Of a DNA stretch of 64,000 nucleotides, positions 28,400 through 44,539 are shown one piece after another; positions within the stretch are counted from its first letter, which is position 1; every line of letters begins with the position of its first letter. A program made the translations under genes and the position numbers. This DNA is from the human T2T-CHM13v2.0 reference genome, Homo sapiens. Below the pieces are notes generated by a model that worked only from the letters and a program-made list of their open reading frames with translations, did not search any database and had not been told where the DNA came from. The DNA lies in NCBI GenBank assembly GCA_009914755.4, contig CP068257.2, forward strand, positions 20,672,001 through 20,736,000, given 5' to 3'.

Positions 28400-29600
28400 C
28401 TTTCTATGACCTGCTTCTATTTGTGGCTCCTCATGTCATTTCCTCATGCTGCAATGACCATAACTCTGCAACTCCCTTGCCCTCTCCTTTAAAAGAGATA
28501 CCACATGGCTGCCCAATCCAACAGACCACCTTTTAACTTCTCAGGAGAATCTGCAAAAGACTCCTATGGAAAATGCTGAGTTGCCCTGTTTTACAGATGT
28601 CTCTCATTTAAAGAATGACACTAAAGAGTGATAATTTAAGTGTTATTTTTAAATATGAGTAAGTATTGTGCAGGCTACAATTATCCTCCTTAGAAATTGT
28701 GGAGGCAGCTCCTTTGCCTTTAGCACTTCAGCCCAGCAGATGGAATGATTTGCCTTCACTGGAGGCTGTCTTGTTGCTAAGGGAAACTTTTAATGTCTAT
28801 AAAGACAGTAGGTATGCTTTTGGAGTTGCTTATAATTTTGGAATGTTGTGGAAATGAGGAGATTTTCTCACTCTCAATGGACAAAATGGGCCATATGTAA
28901 AAGAATTACCAGATGCAACACAGCTACTTGCTGCTTTAGCCATTATCCAACTCTTTGACCGTTTAAAACTAAATGCTATGGAATCAAGAGGAAATCACCT
29001 TGCTGATAGCCTGGCAGAGAGTGCTGCCCTTAAAGTCCTACTTATTAATCAAATCTCTGCCATAATCCACCTAGAAAAATTTCTCAAATATCACCTTAAA
29101 ATAGTTACTAAAGATGCACAAAATTGGGCAACAGAGACCAAAAAAAAATTTGGAAAAATAATGGCTATTGGTTTAATGACAAAAGAACTCTGGTTTGGGC
29201 CAGATAGAAAGCCTGTTCTCTCAGACTCCATGACATTTTTGCTGTTATCTACTGTACATGATTTAAATCACTGTGCTATAGAAAAGATGATTACTTTTAT
29301 AAAATAATACTGGTGGCGTAACATTCACAAAACTGCCAAAGGTGCTTGTCTGGCCTGCCCCACGTGTCCTAAATTAAACCTTGGAAAGTAAATGCAAACC
29401 GTGCCTCACCATTTTAAACTTCCTAATGAGCCATTCATGATTTGGCAGATAAATATTATCCAGCTACCTACCACACATGGGTACAAGAATAATTCAGTCA
29501 TAATCTGATGTTCTTCCATTGGGTTGAAGCATTCCCTGAAGACAGGCCACATTCCCTGAAGACAGGCTAGAGTCCTATTAAAAAAAAAATCCATACCTGA
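28400..29600 (+). pseudogene. ERV pol remnant (RT C-terminus, RNase H, integrase N-terminus and core) with frameshifts and stops
   Basis: Track ORFs 28666..28857 and 28978..29307 carry DSRYAFG and RGNHLAD RNase H motifs. Downstream is an integrase zinc-finger-like H-H-C-C and a WQID-like motif. There is an 18-bp tandem duplication at 29529-29564. Confidence 0.75.
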
Positions 29601-30048
29601 GGCATGCCCTCAAGCTCCACAGCAAGTGACAAACTTATTTTACTGCACAAGATATAGAACAAGTGTGTGCTAATTGGCTAGCATTGTAGCACTTTTATTA
29701 TGCTTATCACTCTCAGTTCTTTGGAATTGTTGAATGCATTAATAGTATTTTAAAAACTTAATTGGAAAAGTTTATAGAAACCTTATAGTTACCATGACCA
29801 AATGCCCTACCTATAGTGCTTCAAGCTTAAGGGCAACGCTCTTTGAATTCCATAATTTTTCACATTTCCAGTAATTACGGGATGCCCCAGGCATTTGATC
29901 CCACCTTGTTTTGACCCCAAATTAATAAAAGGTGAAATGTTTCAATATTGTAAGGGTATAATCAAGGTTATGAATAAAAATTGTACTCTGATAGAACAAT
30001 ATTTTCACAGTGCACTCCTGGGAGATGAAGACCTAAAACACCATAACC

Positions 30049-30362
30049 GTATGGGCGGAGTGGCTGATGCCTGTAATCCCAGAAAATTGGGAGGCAGAGG
30101 CAGGTAGATCATTTGAGGGCCAGGAGTTAGAGACCAGCCTGGCTAACATGGCGGAACCCCATCTCTACTAACAATATAAAAATTTGCCAGGTGTGGTGGT
30201 GCATGTCTGTAATCCTAGCTACTTGGGTGGCTGAGGCAGGAGAATCAGTTGAACCCAGGAGAGGGAAGTTGTAGTGAACAGAAATTGCGCCACTGAACCC
30301 CAGCCTGGGAGACAGAGTGAGCGTTGTCTTAAAAAACAAACAAACAAATAAACAAACAAAAA
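30049..30362 (+). mobile_element. Alu (sense) inserted in the ERV integrase/env region
   Basis: ggcggagtggctgatgcctgtaatcccag...ccagcctgggagacagagtgagcgttgtcttaaaaaacaaacaaac. Flanks accataacc / atcataacc look like a TSD. Confidence 0.95.
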
Positions 30363-31379
30363 CATCATAACCTACAACCAGGGTATTCTGTCTATTGAAA
30401 AAGACATTTACAAAAGGATTACCTCCAACCTCTCTGGAAAGCCCCATGTCATGTCTTATTCACCAATCATTGTGCAACTAAACTTACAGAAATTGATTCC
30501 TGGATACATATGTCTCTTCAAAGAAGACATTGGCTCCTGAGTGGAATTGCATCTCTGTTGACAAATACAAAATAAGTATTTCTAGGATTTAAAGCAGATG
30601 ACATCTAGTGGTTGGTTTCTCCAAAAATTCCCAGGACTGGGCTGTATACAATACTTTCACTTATAATTTTTACTTTTTCTCCCTCCTTCCCCTGGAAAGA
30701 CAATAACCTTGTCTGTATTTCCCAATTCATCACTATGGAGGGAGGATAAAGAAGAGTCTTACTAATTGTTGTAAAAACCTTAATCTGTCTCTGATTTTAA
30801 TGACTTCTTAGTTTTACTTGTAATGAATTTCACTAACATCCCAAATCCAACCACCCATACAAATTGTATCATTGGACCCTCTTATAGGATTAAGCTTTCT
30901 CATTTATCTTTAACTTCTGTTTCCTGCCTCACCTTATTAAATAAGCAACCTCCCAGCTGGGTCCCAGGAATGTGCAATGAACCATCCCTCTTAAACCATT
31001 CAGCAGCATATCCTAAGGTGCAGAAAAAAATTATTAGGACTGGCTTAAGGAGGAGGGGTAATTAACAACTTGCAATAGCATAACTGACCGTCGTCAGCTT
31101 GATTGTGTATCATACAGAAAAATCACAGATGGAAAAATTGTCTGTGTTCCTACTGGCTATATCTACTTTTGTGGTTGAGGCACCTCAGCATGGGCCTCCA
31201 AATGTTTTGGCATTTAGACAACAGGAGGTGAACATGGGATTGGATATTTGACCTCTGTATTGTCAACATGTAATAGATCTGAAACTGATCACTGAGTAAT
31301 CATTGGGCTGCTCCACTCAGGTTACATCACAGAACCAGGTGAAATTTCCCCTCATGACTCCCTAGTGATGACAATCATT

Positions 31380-32140
<761 letters not shown>

Positions 32141-32458
32141 GCGTGCCTGCTGTCTATCAAATTTCCACAGAAATACAACTCCTAACAATGATGAAGACAC
32201 AGCATCTTGAAATGATAGCCAATACCTATGGAAGAAACAAAATCAAACAGTAATATAATCCAGACAGACTTAACCTTGAGAACTCCTCCTTCTGGCCTCC
32301 TTGTTCAAATGCTGCATACAAGTGTCTTAGCACTAACTTCCAACTGTTGATCACCTCCACAAATCACAACCAACTGTCTTAAGCAGATCTATCCTGGCAC
32401 ACTCAAGACTTCACTAGAGGCTGATTGATCAACAGTGCATTTGGAGAAAGACCTTGGT

Positions 32459-32481
32459 AAAAAAAAAAAAAAAAAAAAAAG
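32459..32481. repeat. A(22) homopolymer
   Basis: ggt followed by 22 A then gggc. Confidence 0.9.
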
Positions 32482-32571
32482 GGCAATATGAAAGTTGCAG
32501 ATACAAGCATGAAATTATTTTTTATCAGACCCAAACCTATTAGAGCTAGAAGAGCACAAAAAAAAAAGATT

Positions 32572-32990
32572 GTCTTAAGAATTTTCTAAAATAAACCCAC
32601 AAGAAATTATTTTCAGGAAAAAGAGGGATTATTTTCCTAAACAGTGCAGCAATTCACGTAATATGCTCTCAAAGGAGCACCCACCCAATAATGACATCTC
32701 CACCAATGAACTTTGACTAACCATGCCTTTCAGTCTCCAAAAATCAATAAACTTTGTTCCTGAGGAGCTTATGTGAACCCCTTTGCCCAAAAAATTTTCC
32801 TTTACCTTCCGCTTTTCAGACGCATATGTGGCTTGCTATAGCTGTTCATCTTGGGTTACAATCTTTTCTGATTTCTGAATAAATTCAACATATTGGGAAG
32901 TATTTTTGCCCTCATTTTTGGGGGGCTTGATACTGTCATGCTCTCCCCCAAGATCTGCTCATTTTCAACTTTAACTTTGATCAACGATTT
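32572..32990 (+). mobile_element. Unclassified LTR-like repeat, copy 2 (candidate 3' LTR of the class I ERV)
   Basis: Homologous to 23585-24005. It starts TG right after a purine run aaaaaaaaaag at 32559-32569, a PPT-like position, about 320 bp after the env stop. Confidence 0.4.
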
Positions 32991-34299
32991 AACAAGAAAA
33001 TAGTGAAAAAACGAAGAATATCAAATGTATGAGCTCAGAGACATTTTACTCAGCATGTATTTATGTTCAAGTTTTAGGTTGAATCTTGTTTTCTGCTGAC
33101 AATTTGTGATACCCTACAGACAAGATATTACCAGGATTTATTCAACAGAAAATCTTATCTGCATTCTGACCCCCTGAAAGGATACCCAGATACAACAATG
33201 ATAAGTGCTGTCATGTAGAAAAGTTATGGATGCCTTCATGCATATGGTAAACATTCTTCCATTGTGTGTAGAGCTTTAGTAGGCTGTTTAACCCAAAACA
33301 CTGCATGGCTCTTCTTCTTGAAACCAAGATTTTCTCCCTAGGGGTGGCTTAGAATATTTGTGCTATAAAAGGTATTAGAAAATTTCTATGTAATGGGAGA
33401 TTCATGCTCATAGGAAAATGTGGTATCTTTATGCTGAAAATTGAATTTATATTCTCTCAAGTTTAGTAAACTCTGTAAAACGTGATGATGCACATAAGAA
33501 ACGAAACTACCTAATGTTAAAAATGTCCAATATTATTTTGTTAGATTATTCTTAATTAAAATACTTCTCAGTGAATGGCTGCATTAGCCTTTATCAACTC
33601 TATTTACACTTACACACCAAATACAGTCCATATAGTCATGACAGAATGAAGAATGGTAAGAGAGATGTAAGGTAATGAGACAATGAAGACTGGGTGAATC
33701 CATAGATTTTACTCACTTTAATACAATTTTCTAAGAACTTTTAGAAAGTGAATATTTAAAAGACAGTGTGAAGTAGTACAAAACTCACTAAATTATTAAA
33801 TTATCTGTCTCTCAGTATAGATATAGATATACATATTTATCTCTCTATATATGCATAATTCAGCAGTAGATCTCTAAACATATTTAATAGAATTTCAGAA
33901 AAAAATTGAAACCAAATTTTGTGAATTAATGAATTACTCAGTAGATTTAACATTTTAGTTAAAGTGTTTCTGTCGTTTTCATTTTGGCGCTACTTTAAAG
34001 AGTTTTTAATATGTTTGTATAGTGTCTCATAATTACATTGAAAAATACTAAGATAATTACATTAAATAATTTTTAGGTAACACTGTCAACTTAGACGTTC
34101 ATCTTGTTTTGGCTAGACTTTTAGACTATTTTTAAATTAGTCTTCCTATCTCTCACATAAGCTCCCTTAATATAGTCATCCCTCTTACTATGGATGAATC
34201 ACTATTAAAGGCAAATCAGTTTGTGGCATTTTCATTGTACATGCTTCACTGACTCCCCATTACTTTCAAGTTGAAATAGGAAAAATTTAGCATGACATG

Positions 34300-34657
34300 C
34301 TACTGTGGTGTGAATGCTCCCCAAATTTCATATGTTGAAACTTAATTGCCAATGTGACATTATAAAGAGTGCAGTCTTTAGGAGGTAATTAAGTCATGAG
34401 GGCAGAGCACTTGTAAATGAGATAAGGTCTTTATAAAGGAGGATTCACACGGCGGCATTTGTTCCTTTTGCTCTACTGCTCTTCTGTCACAGGAGAACAC
34501 CTTGACAAGGCCATCTCTGAGGGACAAGCCATCACTGAATCTGCTGGTGCCTTCATCTTGGACTTCCCAGCATCCAGAATTGTGCTAAAAAATTCTTTTC
34601 TTTATAAATCACTCAGTCTCAGGTATTTTGCTATAGTAGCACAAATGGACTAAGACA
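34300..34657 (+). mobile_element. MaLR-type solo LTR (MLT/MST-like)
   Basis: gctccccaaatttcatatgttgaaac...ccttcatcttggacttcccagcatccagaattgtgctaaaaaattcttttctttataaatcactcagtctcaggtattttgctatagtagcacaaatggactaagaca. Confidence 0.6.
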
Positions 34658-35052
34658 CATACAAACCCTTTCATGTCCTCACTTCTGTCTTCATAGTCTT
34701 TTACTAACATATGCATTCAGTTCCACTAATCATGCTTCTATAATGAAAATTTTCTAAAAGTGCAATGCAATTCAGCATTCTATGATAGGCATAGATTTCT
34801 TAGTTCAAGATTTGTGAAAAAAATTATCCATTTATTTCTCAAGACTCAGTTCTAAATGTTTGAAAGAGAATCAAGTTTGAAATTTGTATTAGGCTCCATC
34901 CCTAACTATGTTTTTAATGAGATCTTATTTTTTTGAATCATAATGTATCTTACAAAATGTAAAATGCATAAAATTGTACGAAGTAGAAAGTCTTCCTCCA
35001 TCACCTTCATCTAATCACAAGATTCCCCTCTGGAGGCAGCCGCATGGTTTTA

Positions 35053-35421
<369 letters not shown>

Positions 35422-36299
35422 TCAAATACTCAACCCTGTGCTTCATTCACAATTATTAAAATTCTGTGCCAGATACTAAGGATACTAATTAAAAAAAAAA
35501 ACACAGTTTATGTCCTTACAAAAGTAAATTGTAAAAGCAGTTGCAATACGTTGTTCTTACAAGAAATTTACAACGCAGTGGACTATGAATTATGTATCTA
35601 ACAGATAGATATGCTATTTTTTAGACTAGAGAGTGTTTAAGATATGTCATAATTTAATTATCAGTAGGTAAAAAATAATTTCAGGCTTTTTCTTGAAAAA
35701 CCCAAAACATAGATACAATGAACATATTTTATGTGGAGTGTGTTTAACTTATGAGTCATAAAGCTCACTCTTTTTATATACATGTGTGCAGTTCTATGAA
35801 TTGTGATAAAGATGCATCAAGCCATGTAACCACAACCATAATCAAGATAGAGAAAATTTCATCACTCTCTAAAAAATCTTCTTTATGCCCCCTTTTGTTC
35901 TGTAGTTAAATGCTTTCCTTGCTTTTAACCATTGGCAACCAGTGATCTATTGTCTCTTCTAATAGTTTTGTCTGTTGAGAACTACATGTAAATGGAATGA
36001 TATTTTATTAAGCCTCAGAAGTCTTTAAAATAGCATTATACATTTACGATGCATTCATGTTGTTGCATGTTCAAGAGTCTGACTCATTTTTGTTGAGTAA
36101 TATTCCGTTTGTGTGAGTAGAACCCTTTTAAAAATTTATTCAAAAATGAAGAGCATTTGGGTTACTTTCTGCTTTGGGGATTGTGAATTTTTTATAAACA
36201 TTCACATAGAAATAATTTGTGTGAATCTAAGTCTTCATTTCTTTTTGGAAAATATCTGAAGCGAGGATGGTAGGACATTTAGTAAGTGCATGTTTTCTT

Positions 36300-37310
36300 T
36301 TGTTTTAATCTGTTAGGTTGCTATAACAAAAGTGCCATAAACTAGATGGCTTATAAACAACAGAGACTTCTTTCTCACAATTCTGGAAGCTGGAAAGTCC
36401 TAGATCAAGGTGCCAGCAGACTTGGTGTCTTCTAGCTGTGTGTTCTTATGTAACTGCGCAACAGGTTCACCTTGCCCACTGCCTAGACGGAGTTGATTTG
36501 TCAAGACAGGGGAACTGCAATGGAGAAAGTTATTGGTGCAGAGCCGGCAGTGTGAGAGACTGGAGTTTTATTATTGCTCACATCAGTCTCCCCAAGCATT
36601 CAGGGATCAGAGATTTCAAGAATAATTTGGTGGGTGTGGGTGAGTGAGTTGGGAGTGCTGACTGTTTGGGTCAGATGAAATCATAAGGAATCAAAGCTGT
36701 CTTCCTGCACTGGGTCAGTTCCTGGGCGGGGGGCCCCACGATCAGATGAGCCAGTTTATCCATCGGGATGGTGCCAGCTCATCCATCAAGTGCTGGGGCT
36801 GTAAAATATCTCAAGCACTGATCTTTGGTTTTACAATAGTGATGTTATCCTCAGGAGCAATTTGGGGAGTGTCTTGTAACCTCCAACTGCATGGCTTCTA
36901 AACCATAATTTCTAATCTTTTGGCTAATTTGTTAGTCCTACAAAAGGCAGTGTAGTCCCCAGGCAAGAAGGGGGATTGTTTTAGAAAAGGGCTATAAACT
37001 ATGTTCCTCCCAAAGTTAATTTGGCCTTCATCCAGGAATGAACAAGAACAGCTTAGTGGTTAGAAGCAAGATTTCAGATTTCTTTCACCACAGTCATAAT
37101 TTTGCAATAGTGGTTTCATTTACATGAGGCAAGGAGAATGGGAGAGCTCTCTGGGTAAGCTTTTTAAGGGCACTAATCCCACTCAAGAGGGCTCCACCTC
37201 ATGAACTAATAATCTTCCAAATGTCCCACTTCCAAATACCATCACCTTGGGGGCTAGGATTTCGATATATGAATTGGGGAAGACACAAACATTCATACCA
37301 TGGCACCTTA
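36300..37310 (+). mobile_element. Unclassified LTR-like interspersed repeat (ctataacaaaagtgccataaactagatggcttataaacaacagagacttctttctcacaattctggaagctggaaagtcc ... gggggctaggatttcgatatatgaattggggaagacacaaacattcatacc)
   Basis: Matches a very common mammalian repeat I recognise by motif but cannot assign to a family. The middle part is divergent or inserted. Confidence 0.45.
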
Positions 37311-38680
37311 TGAAAAGATTAGAGTTTATTTTTTAGAGCAATTTTAGGTTCACAACACAACTGAAGAGAAAGTACAGAGAATTGTCGCATAACCCCATTT
37401 GCCCCCTCACACAACTTTCCTCATTGTCAATATCCACTGGTACATTCGTTACAATGAATTAACTGATATTGACATATCATCCTGCAAAGCAGTTTACATT
37501 ATAGTCCACTCTTGGTGTTGTATACTCTATGCACAAATGTATAAGGACATGTATTTACTATTATTATATTAAAAAGAATAGTGGCACTGCCCTAAAAATC
37601 CTCTGTGCTCTGCCTATTCATTCTTTCCTTTTCCCAAACTTCTGGCAACTACTTTAAAGTCTTGATTAGTTTTTTTTCCCTCTTTTTCAGAATGCCATAT
37701 AGTTGAAATTATGTAACACGTAGCCTTTTTAGGTTAGGATCCTTCACTTAGTAGTATGCACTTGAGATTCTTCCATGTCTTATCATGGGTTAGTAGCTCA
37801 TATTTTTAATGCAGAATAATGCTCCATCTTCTGTGTATACCAAAATTTATTTATCCATTCACCTACAGAATAACCTTTTGGTTACTTGCACATTTTGGCT
37901 ATTATCAGTGAAGTTGCTCTAAAACATCCACGTGCAAATTGTGTGTGGATATAAATTTTCAATTCATTTTGATAAATGCCAAGAAATGAGATGGCCAAAT
38001 CTTATAAGAGTATGTTTAGTTTCACTGCCATTCAAACTGCTTCTAGTATTTTGAATTTCCCAGAATGAGAATTAGTGTTGCTCCACATCATGACCAGCAT
38101 TTGTTCTTGTCAGTGTTTTGGACTTTGGCCATTTGAATAGGAATGTAGGTGATATCTCATTGCTGTTTTCATTTGCAATAGTCTAATGGCATATGATGCT
38201 GAGTCTCTTTTCACATGCTTATTTTCTATTTGTACATCTTTGGTGACGCTTCTGATCAAGTGTTTTGTTTATTTTTCAGTTATGTTGCCCATTTCTTATT
38301 ATTGAATTTTAAAAGCTATTAGTATATTTTGGATAGCAGTTTTTTTATCAGTGTGTCTTTTGAAAATATTTTCACCCAGTCTATGGGTTGTCCTCTCATT
38401 GTCTCGACACTATGTTTTGAAGAGCAGATGTTTTTAATTTCAATGCAGTTTAGCTTAACAATTTCTGTTAGGGATTATTCCTTTGGCATGGTATTTTTAA
38501 AGCCGTTACTTTAACCAAAGTCATCTAGATATTCTTCTATACTATCTTCTATTATGTTAGTTTTTATAAGAAGCTGCCAATTGCTTTCAAAGTGGCTATC
38601 CTACATGAGAGTTCAAGTTGACCTGCACTCTCACCAGGACTTGAAATTCTCTTTTCTTTTTTTTAAATTAGTTTCAATAG

Positions 38681-39092
<412 letters not shown>

Positions 39093-40010
39093 ACGGGTCC
39101 ACTTTTGCTTAGGACAGTTGCTCCTGTTGTTTCCATAGTTCCTTCCATGGCTAGGGCTGGCCTCAGGAGGGCACGAGGAGAGAAGAAAGGGAAATCAAGC
39201 AAACACCAAACACCAGGAAATGGGTTTCCCTTCACACTCTCTGGCACATGTAGGCCCCTTTTCCATTCTTCTGATGGAAATTGGGATTTTCTCCTGGAAT
39301 TTACATTGCTCACTTCTGTGATTTGTTTGAAGTTGGAGGCAAACAGGAAGATGCAAACAAGAAACTCATTGCTAAGCGTTGTTATTTAACTTTCAAATTT
39401 GATCTCCATTCTACTTGCTATTGTTTGTTTTTCAGTCCCCAAGAAGTGGTATTCAGTGGGAGATGTGGGCTGTAGCCACTTACCCATTTACCCATATGAG
39501 TTGTAGTCATGACCCTATTTAAGCCAGCACCAGAAGTCTGGACCTGATGCTTTGAATGGCATCATCTGACTTCTTTATAAAAGGCAGAACTTCAGAGGCC
39601 CCTCCAATCACACTATTCATACAAACCTGTTTCATGTATTATCCATGTTCTTTTTGGCTCCTACGTACAATTGTGATCATCTCTTAAGAATAGTGTTACA
39701 GGTAGTTGGACAGGCAAGAGTAGGGCAGGAAAGGGCCCTCCCATCAGGAATGTGAGGCAACCATCATGTGATGGTACAGTAGTTATCACATTGCCTCTCT
39801 AAAAATGATAATTTGGCAGCTGGCTCCAGGCAGAGACAATCTCCTGATGGTGCACAACTATCACACTGAAGTGTTAATTGAATGCAGGTACCAGGGAGAG
39901 GCAACTTCCCAAACAGATAAAAACACTTGAGATTTGTAATTGGCTTCCAATAAAACCTCAGGTACTGGGGGAGTGAGACTGGACATGTGCATTAAGAGAC
40001 AAAATGGCAG

Positions 40011-40298
<288 letters not shown>

Positions 40299-41769
40299 TA
40301 GACAAAATGGCAGACTATGACCTTCCAGGGGCATTCCACAGGAAAAGGGAAGGAAGCTTCAGATGGGAATGCATACACCTTCCTAAACACAGGACGCATG
40401 CTCACTTCTCAAGCATAATGAGGGCACTGCACATATGGGCAGCCCACCCTTAGGGAAGAATCATAGGAAAGGGGTGCAAGACACTGAAAGTGGGCCAGCA
40501 TCTAAAGTCCTAGGATCAAGGTTAAATGATGCACTAGTCCTTCAAGTCACTCGCTGGGTCTCTTTCAAGTGTGCTTTCCTTTCTTGCCTGCTCTAAAACT
40601 TTGTAATAAACTTCGACTCCTGCTCTGAAACTTGCCTTGGTCTCTTTTTCTGCCTTATGCCCCTCAGTCTATTTTTTTCTTCTGAGGAGGTAAGAATTGA
40701 GGTTGCTGCAGACCTGTACAGATTTGCCACTGGTAACTTGGATACTTTCTACCTTTAACGATAGTACTAGTGGAGGAGGAGGAGGAGCAAAGCTGATTGG
40801 AAGTTGGGGAAATATCTTAGAATCTATTTTTAGTTAAGCCCTAAAGCAGAACCAGAAGCTTTAATGCATTTTGTTGGTGAGAGTTGAAGGAGATGGAATG
40901 ACACTCCACACAAGGATAGCAGGGAAATGATAACATCTGAGTCATAGAGATTCCCCTCTGGCTGTTTCCACCCTTCTTTCCTATTGGAGAAATATAAATT
41001 ATATGTAGTATTAAATCAGAATGTCATGTGCATCATGAACAACCTGCTAAGAGATTGCAAAGACTTAAGAAATCTCAGTCTTTTATTTAGCCAAACAGTT
41101 ACAACCCATTGCATACATGTTCTTAAGATAAACAATAGCTAGTCCTCAAGTAAGAGAACTTGACACCATCATTTGTTACACACAGATCATCCTACGTTCA
41201 CCTGATAATTGGGGTGTTTATCTGTGTTTACTAATTGGATTTATCCAAAGAAAAATAATTTCATATTTTTATGGCAGAAGGTGATTTTGGAACCCAGAGC
41301 ACAGAATCTGTTAGGCAAAGTTAGGCACATTGCTTCCCATAGAAACTGGGGCTCTTCATGATTACATTTCAAAGACTTAGCTCCCAAGTGCTAGAGAAAG
41401 ACATTCCTATGTCTTCAAGCTGGCTAGAGTCTTATCTAGCTTTTAAACAGATTTATATACATTTTAGGGAGACAAGAAAATAATTTACAATTACTTACGT
41501 TATAATTACTTAGAATTAAAATTACTTAGAGCAAATGCTCTAAGAAAAGGGCGGTGGAGGGAGTCTCTTCCTTTATTTTTAACAGGGAGAATTAAAGCTC
41601 TTTTGAAAACTTGCCTTTGCATCCCCCACAGTCGTTTTGCAACATCCAACTAGGGTAATCCTGCTAAGAAATGAAATATTATCAAGTTACTCCTCTACAT
41701 TCCACTTGAAAGTAAAGGCCAAACTATTAACAAACATCCTTTCATCATGTGTGTTTTCTGACTCCCCAT

Positions 41770-42310
41770 TTTATTTTATTTTAAGATTTTTTTAATGTTT
41801 ATTTTTAAGTTTTAAGTTCAGGGGTACATGTGTAGGTTTGTTACGTGGCTAAACTTGTGTCATGGGGATTTGTTGTACAGATTATTTCATCACCCAGGTA
41901 TGAATCCTAGTTTCCATTAGTTGTTTTTCTTGATTCTCTCCCTCCTCCCAACCTCCACCCTCTGAAAGGCCTCAGTATGTGTTGTTCCCCTCTATGAGTC
42001 CATGTGTTCTCATCATTTAGCTCCTACTTATAGTGAGAGCATGCAGTATTTGGATTTCTGTTCCTGTGTTAGTTTGCTAAGGAGAATGGTCTTTAGCTCC
42101 ATCCGTGTCCCTGCAAAGGACATGATCTCAGTCTTTTTGTATGGGTTCATGGTATTCTGTGGTGTATATGTACCACATTTTCTTTATACCGTCTATCATT
42201 TATGGGCATTTAGGTCAATTTCATGTCTTTGCTATTGTGAATAGTGTTGCAATGCACATACATGTGCATGTGTCTTTATGGTAGAATGATTTCTATTTCT
42301 TCAGTTATAT
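41770..42310 (-). mobile_element. L1 (L1PA/L1PB-like) 3' end, antisense
   Basis: ttttaagttcaggggtacatgtgtaggtttgttacgtggctaaacttgtgtcatgg...ccatgtgttctcatcatttagctcctacttatagtgagagcatgcagtatttgg...ttgctattgtgaatagtgttgcaatgcacatacatgtgcatgtgtctttatggtagaatgattt. Confidence 0.8.
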
Positions 42311-43679
42311 TGTTTCAAAATATTTACCAATACCCAGGCCAAAAACTAGTGGCATAGTTGACATCTAATATATATTTGCTGGCATAATGTCATGTTGCTT
42401 ACATTCAATAAATGTTGTTTTTGAAGAAATTAATGAAAAATTTTAAAGACAGGTTGCAAGAACAGAGGAAAAAAGTCCCAAAAGGAAGTTATTGTAAAAC
42501 TCCAGGCCAGAGACATTGATTGCCTGAATTTCACTAAAATAAAATAATGGGGGAATGTGAATGTATTTGAGAGATTGTGGACGTAATAGAATTAGCTAGA
42601 CTTGGTGGTTGGCTAGAGATGGGCCAAAAGTAGAGAAAGAAGTCACAGTAAATTTGATCATTTCAGAACGAGCAAAGGGCAAGTATTAATATTTCCCACT
42701 AAGATATGAAATTCAGAAAGTTAATTTTGGGCAGTTAATAATGATTTCTATTTTAATTATGAGGTTAAACACTGGCTCTGCCACTTACTGTAAGATATTA
42801 AGAATTTTTTTTTATAGCTTCCTAGCCCTTCAATTTCCTCAAATACAAGAAGAACAAAAATGGCATGTACCACAAAGTTTTTGTGATTTTTGAAATAATA
42901 CACACAAAATACTAAAACAAGTTTCTGCAGTAAACTAAGAAATCACTCACAGTTGCTGTTTTGAGACTTACTATATTACTTTTATCACTCACTATTATCT
43001 TTATCCTCCAGAGGAAAGTGAATTTATGGTTATAGTGACACAGACTAAATATAAGTTCATAGGATTAAAAAATATATACAACTCAAGAATGTATATGATA
43101 ATCGAATCCTTGACAAACATGTATAGTTTTATATGAATCAGGATTCAATAATAGGTACAAAACCCAAAATATTTTAAAATAGAGCTGCAAAGGAAATTGA
43201 GAAGAAATTATTACAAAGTAGTAGAATAAATATGAGAGTGGGGCACAATATGACAGAAAATGAGTATTACAATGCTAATTTGAGAGGTTAATGATTACTT
43301 TTGCTTGCATGCTCATTGTTTTTCTCTTTACCTTTGTCTGTACTGATACAAATGTCAACTTAATGACACAACTCAGATGATTCCTGCTTAATGAAGTCTA
43401 TTCTGAGACCTGTAATAAAAAATTATTCTATTTTCGGGGTTTCCATGGCATTTAAATATATATAATCAGTGCTCAGACAAATCTGTTAATAAATTGGCTG
43501 ATAAGTCATGTTATTCTGTGAGTTTCTTGGATTCAGAGTCTTTATTTATATGTTTACCAGATGTTATATACTGAAATGTGTTCCCCGAAATTTGTATATA
43601 GAAGTTTTACACCTAGTACGTCATAATGTTTGGACACAGTGCCTTTTAAAAGGTGATTAAGTTAAATTGAGGCAGTTAC

Positions 43680-43975
43680 ATTGGGCCCTAAATCAACGTG
43701 AATGATGTCCTTATACAAGGAAATGTGAGCACACATAGAGACACCAGGGATGTGCAGGGACCTAGAAAAACAATGTAAGGACACAACAGGAAGGAAACCA
43801 TCTGAAAGCCAAGGACAAAGACATAAGGAAAAACCATACTGCTGACATCTTGGTCTTGGACTTCTAGCCTCCAGAACTGTGAGAAAAATAGGTTTCTATT
43901 GTTGCAGCCACCTAGTCTATAATATTTCTTTATTGTAGCCCTAGCAAATACACAAGGGTTTTGGGAAACCTTCAT
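43680..43975 (+). mobile_element. MaLR-type LTR fragment (3' half)
   Basis: ttggtcttggacttctagcctccagaactgtgagaaaaataggtttctattgttgcagccacctagtctataatatttctttattgtagccctagcaaatac. Confidence 0.5.
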
Positions 43976-44539
43976 ATGTCAGTTTCATGAGGCCATTCAG
44001 TCTACACAAATTATCTCCATAACAACTAAAATTTTAAATTTTTAGATAATTTCAATATACAATAACTATATCCTGATTATTCATAAGATTTAAGAAAAAC
44101 ATAATTTTCTCTATTGTGGATGAGTTTTCTGGATCCAATTATTTATGATACTGAATTTCATAGGAAGTTCAAAGCAAAGCAAGTTTTTGTTTTTGTAAAG
44201 TAATACAGTTTAAAAATGTTCATTGAAAGATTGACTAAAATATTTTAGATTCTAAATGAAAACACTAAAATAGGTGCATAAGACAAAATAATGTATTTTT
44301 AAATTGCATTTTGAGCTGATTTTTATTCATTCTATGTAACTGATTTTAGGGATGTGTTGTTTTTTTTCAGTCCACATGAACATAGTGGTATAATTAACAA
44401 AATGGAGTTAACATTTCTAACATCTCCTAAGCTTGCCTAAATTTTAGGCAGGTTTCTTCTAGACTCTAGGCCTAGGATCTCCCTTTTCTTAGAACACTTA
44501 TGTTAGAAAACTGGCAATTGTAAATTCTTTCACTGCCCC

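Noticed and set aside
31040-31065. RTGLRRRG as a furin SU/TM cleavage site of the ERV env
   Set aside because: The position is plausible, about 370 bp upstream of the TM ISD. But the surrounding SU sequence is too degenerate, and a stop follows immediately. I did not annotate it as a site.
32459-32481. A(22) run as a possible retrogene or Alu tail
   Set aside because: The upstream 180 bp show no Alu or L1 body and no recognisable processed-mRNA homology. It is most likely the tail of a short, unrecognisable retroposed fragment or simple homopolymer expansion.
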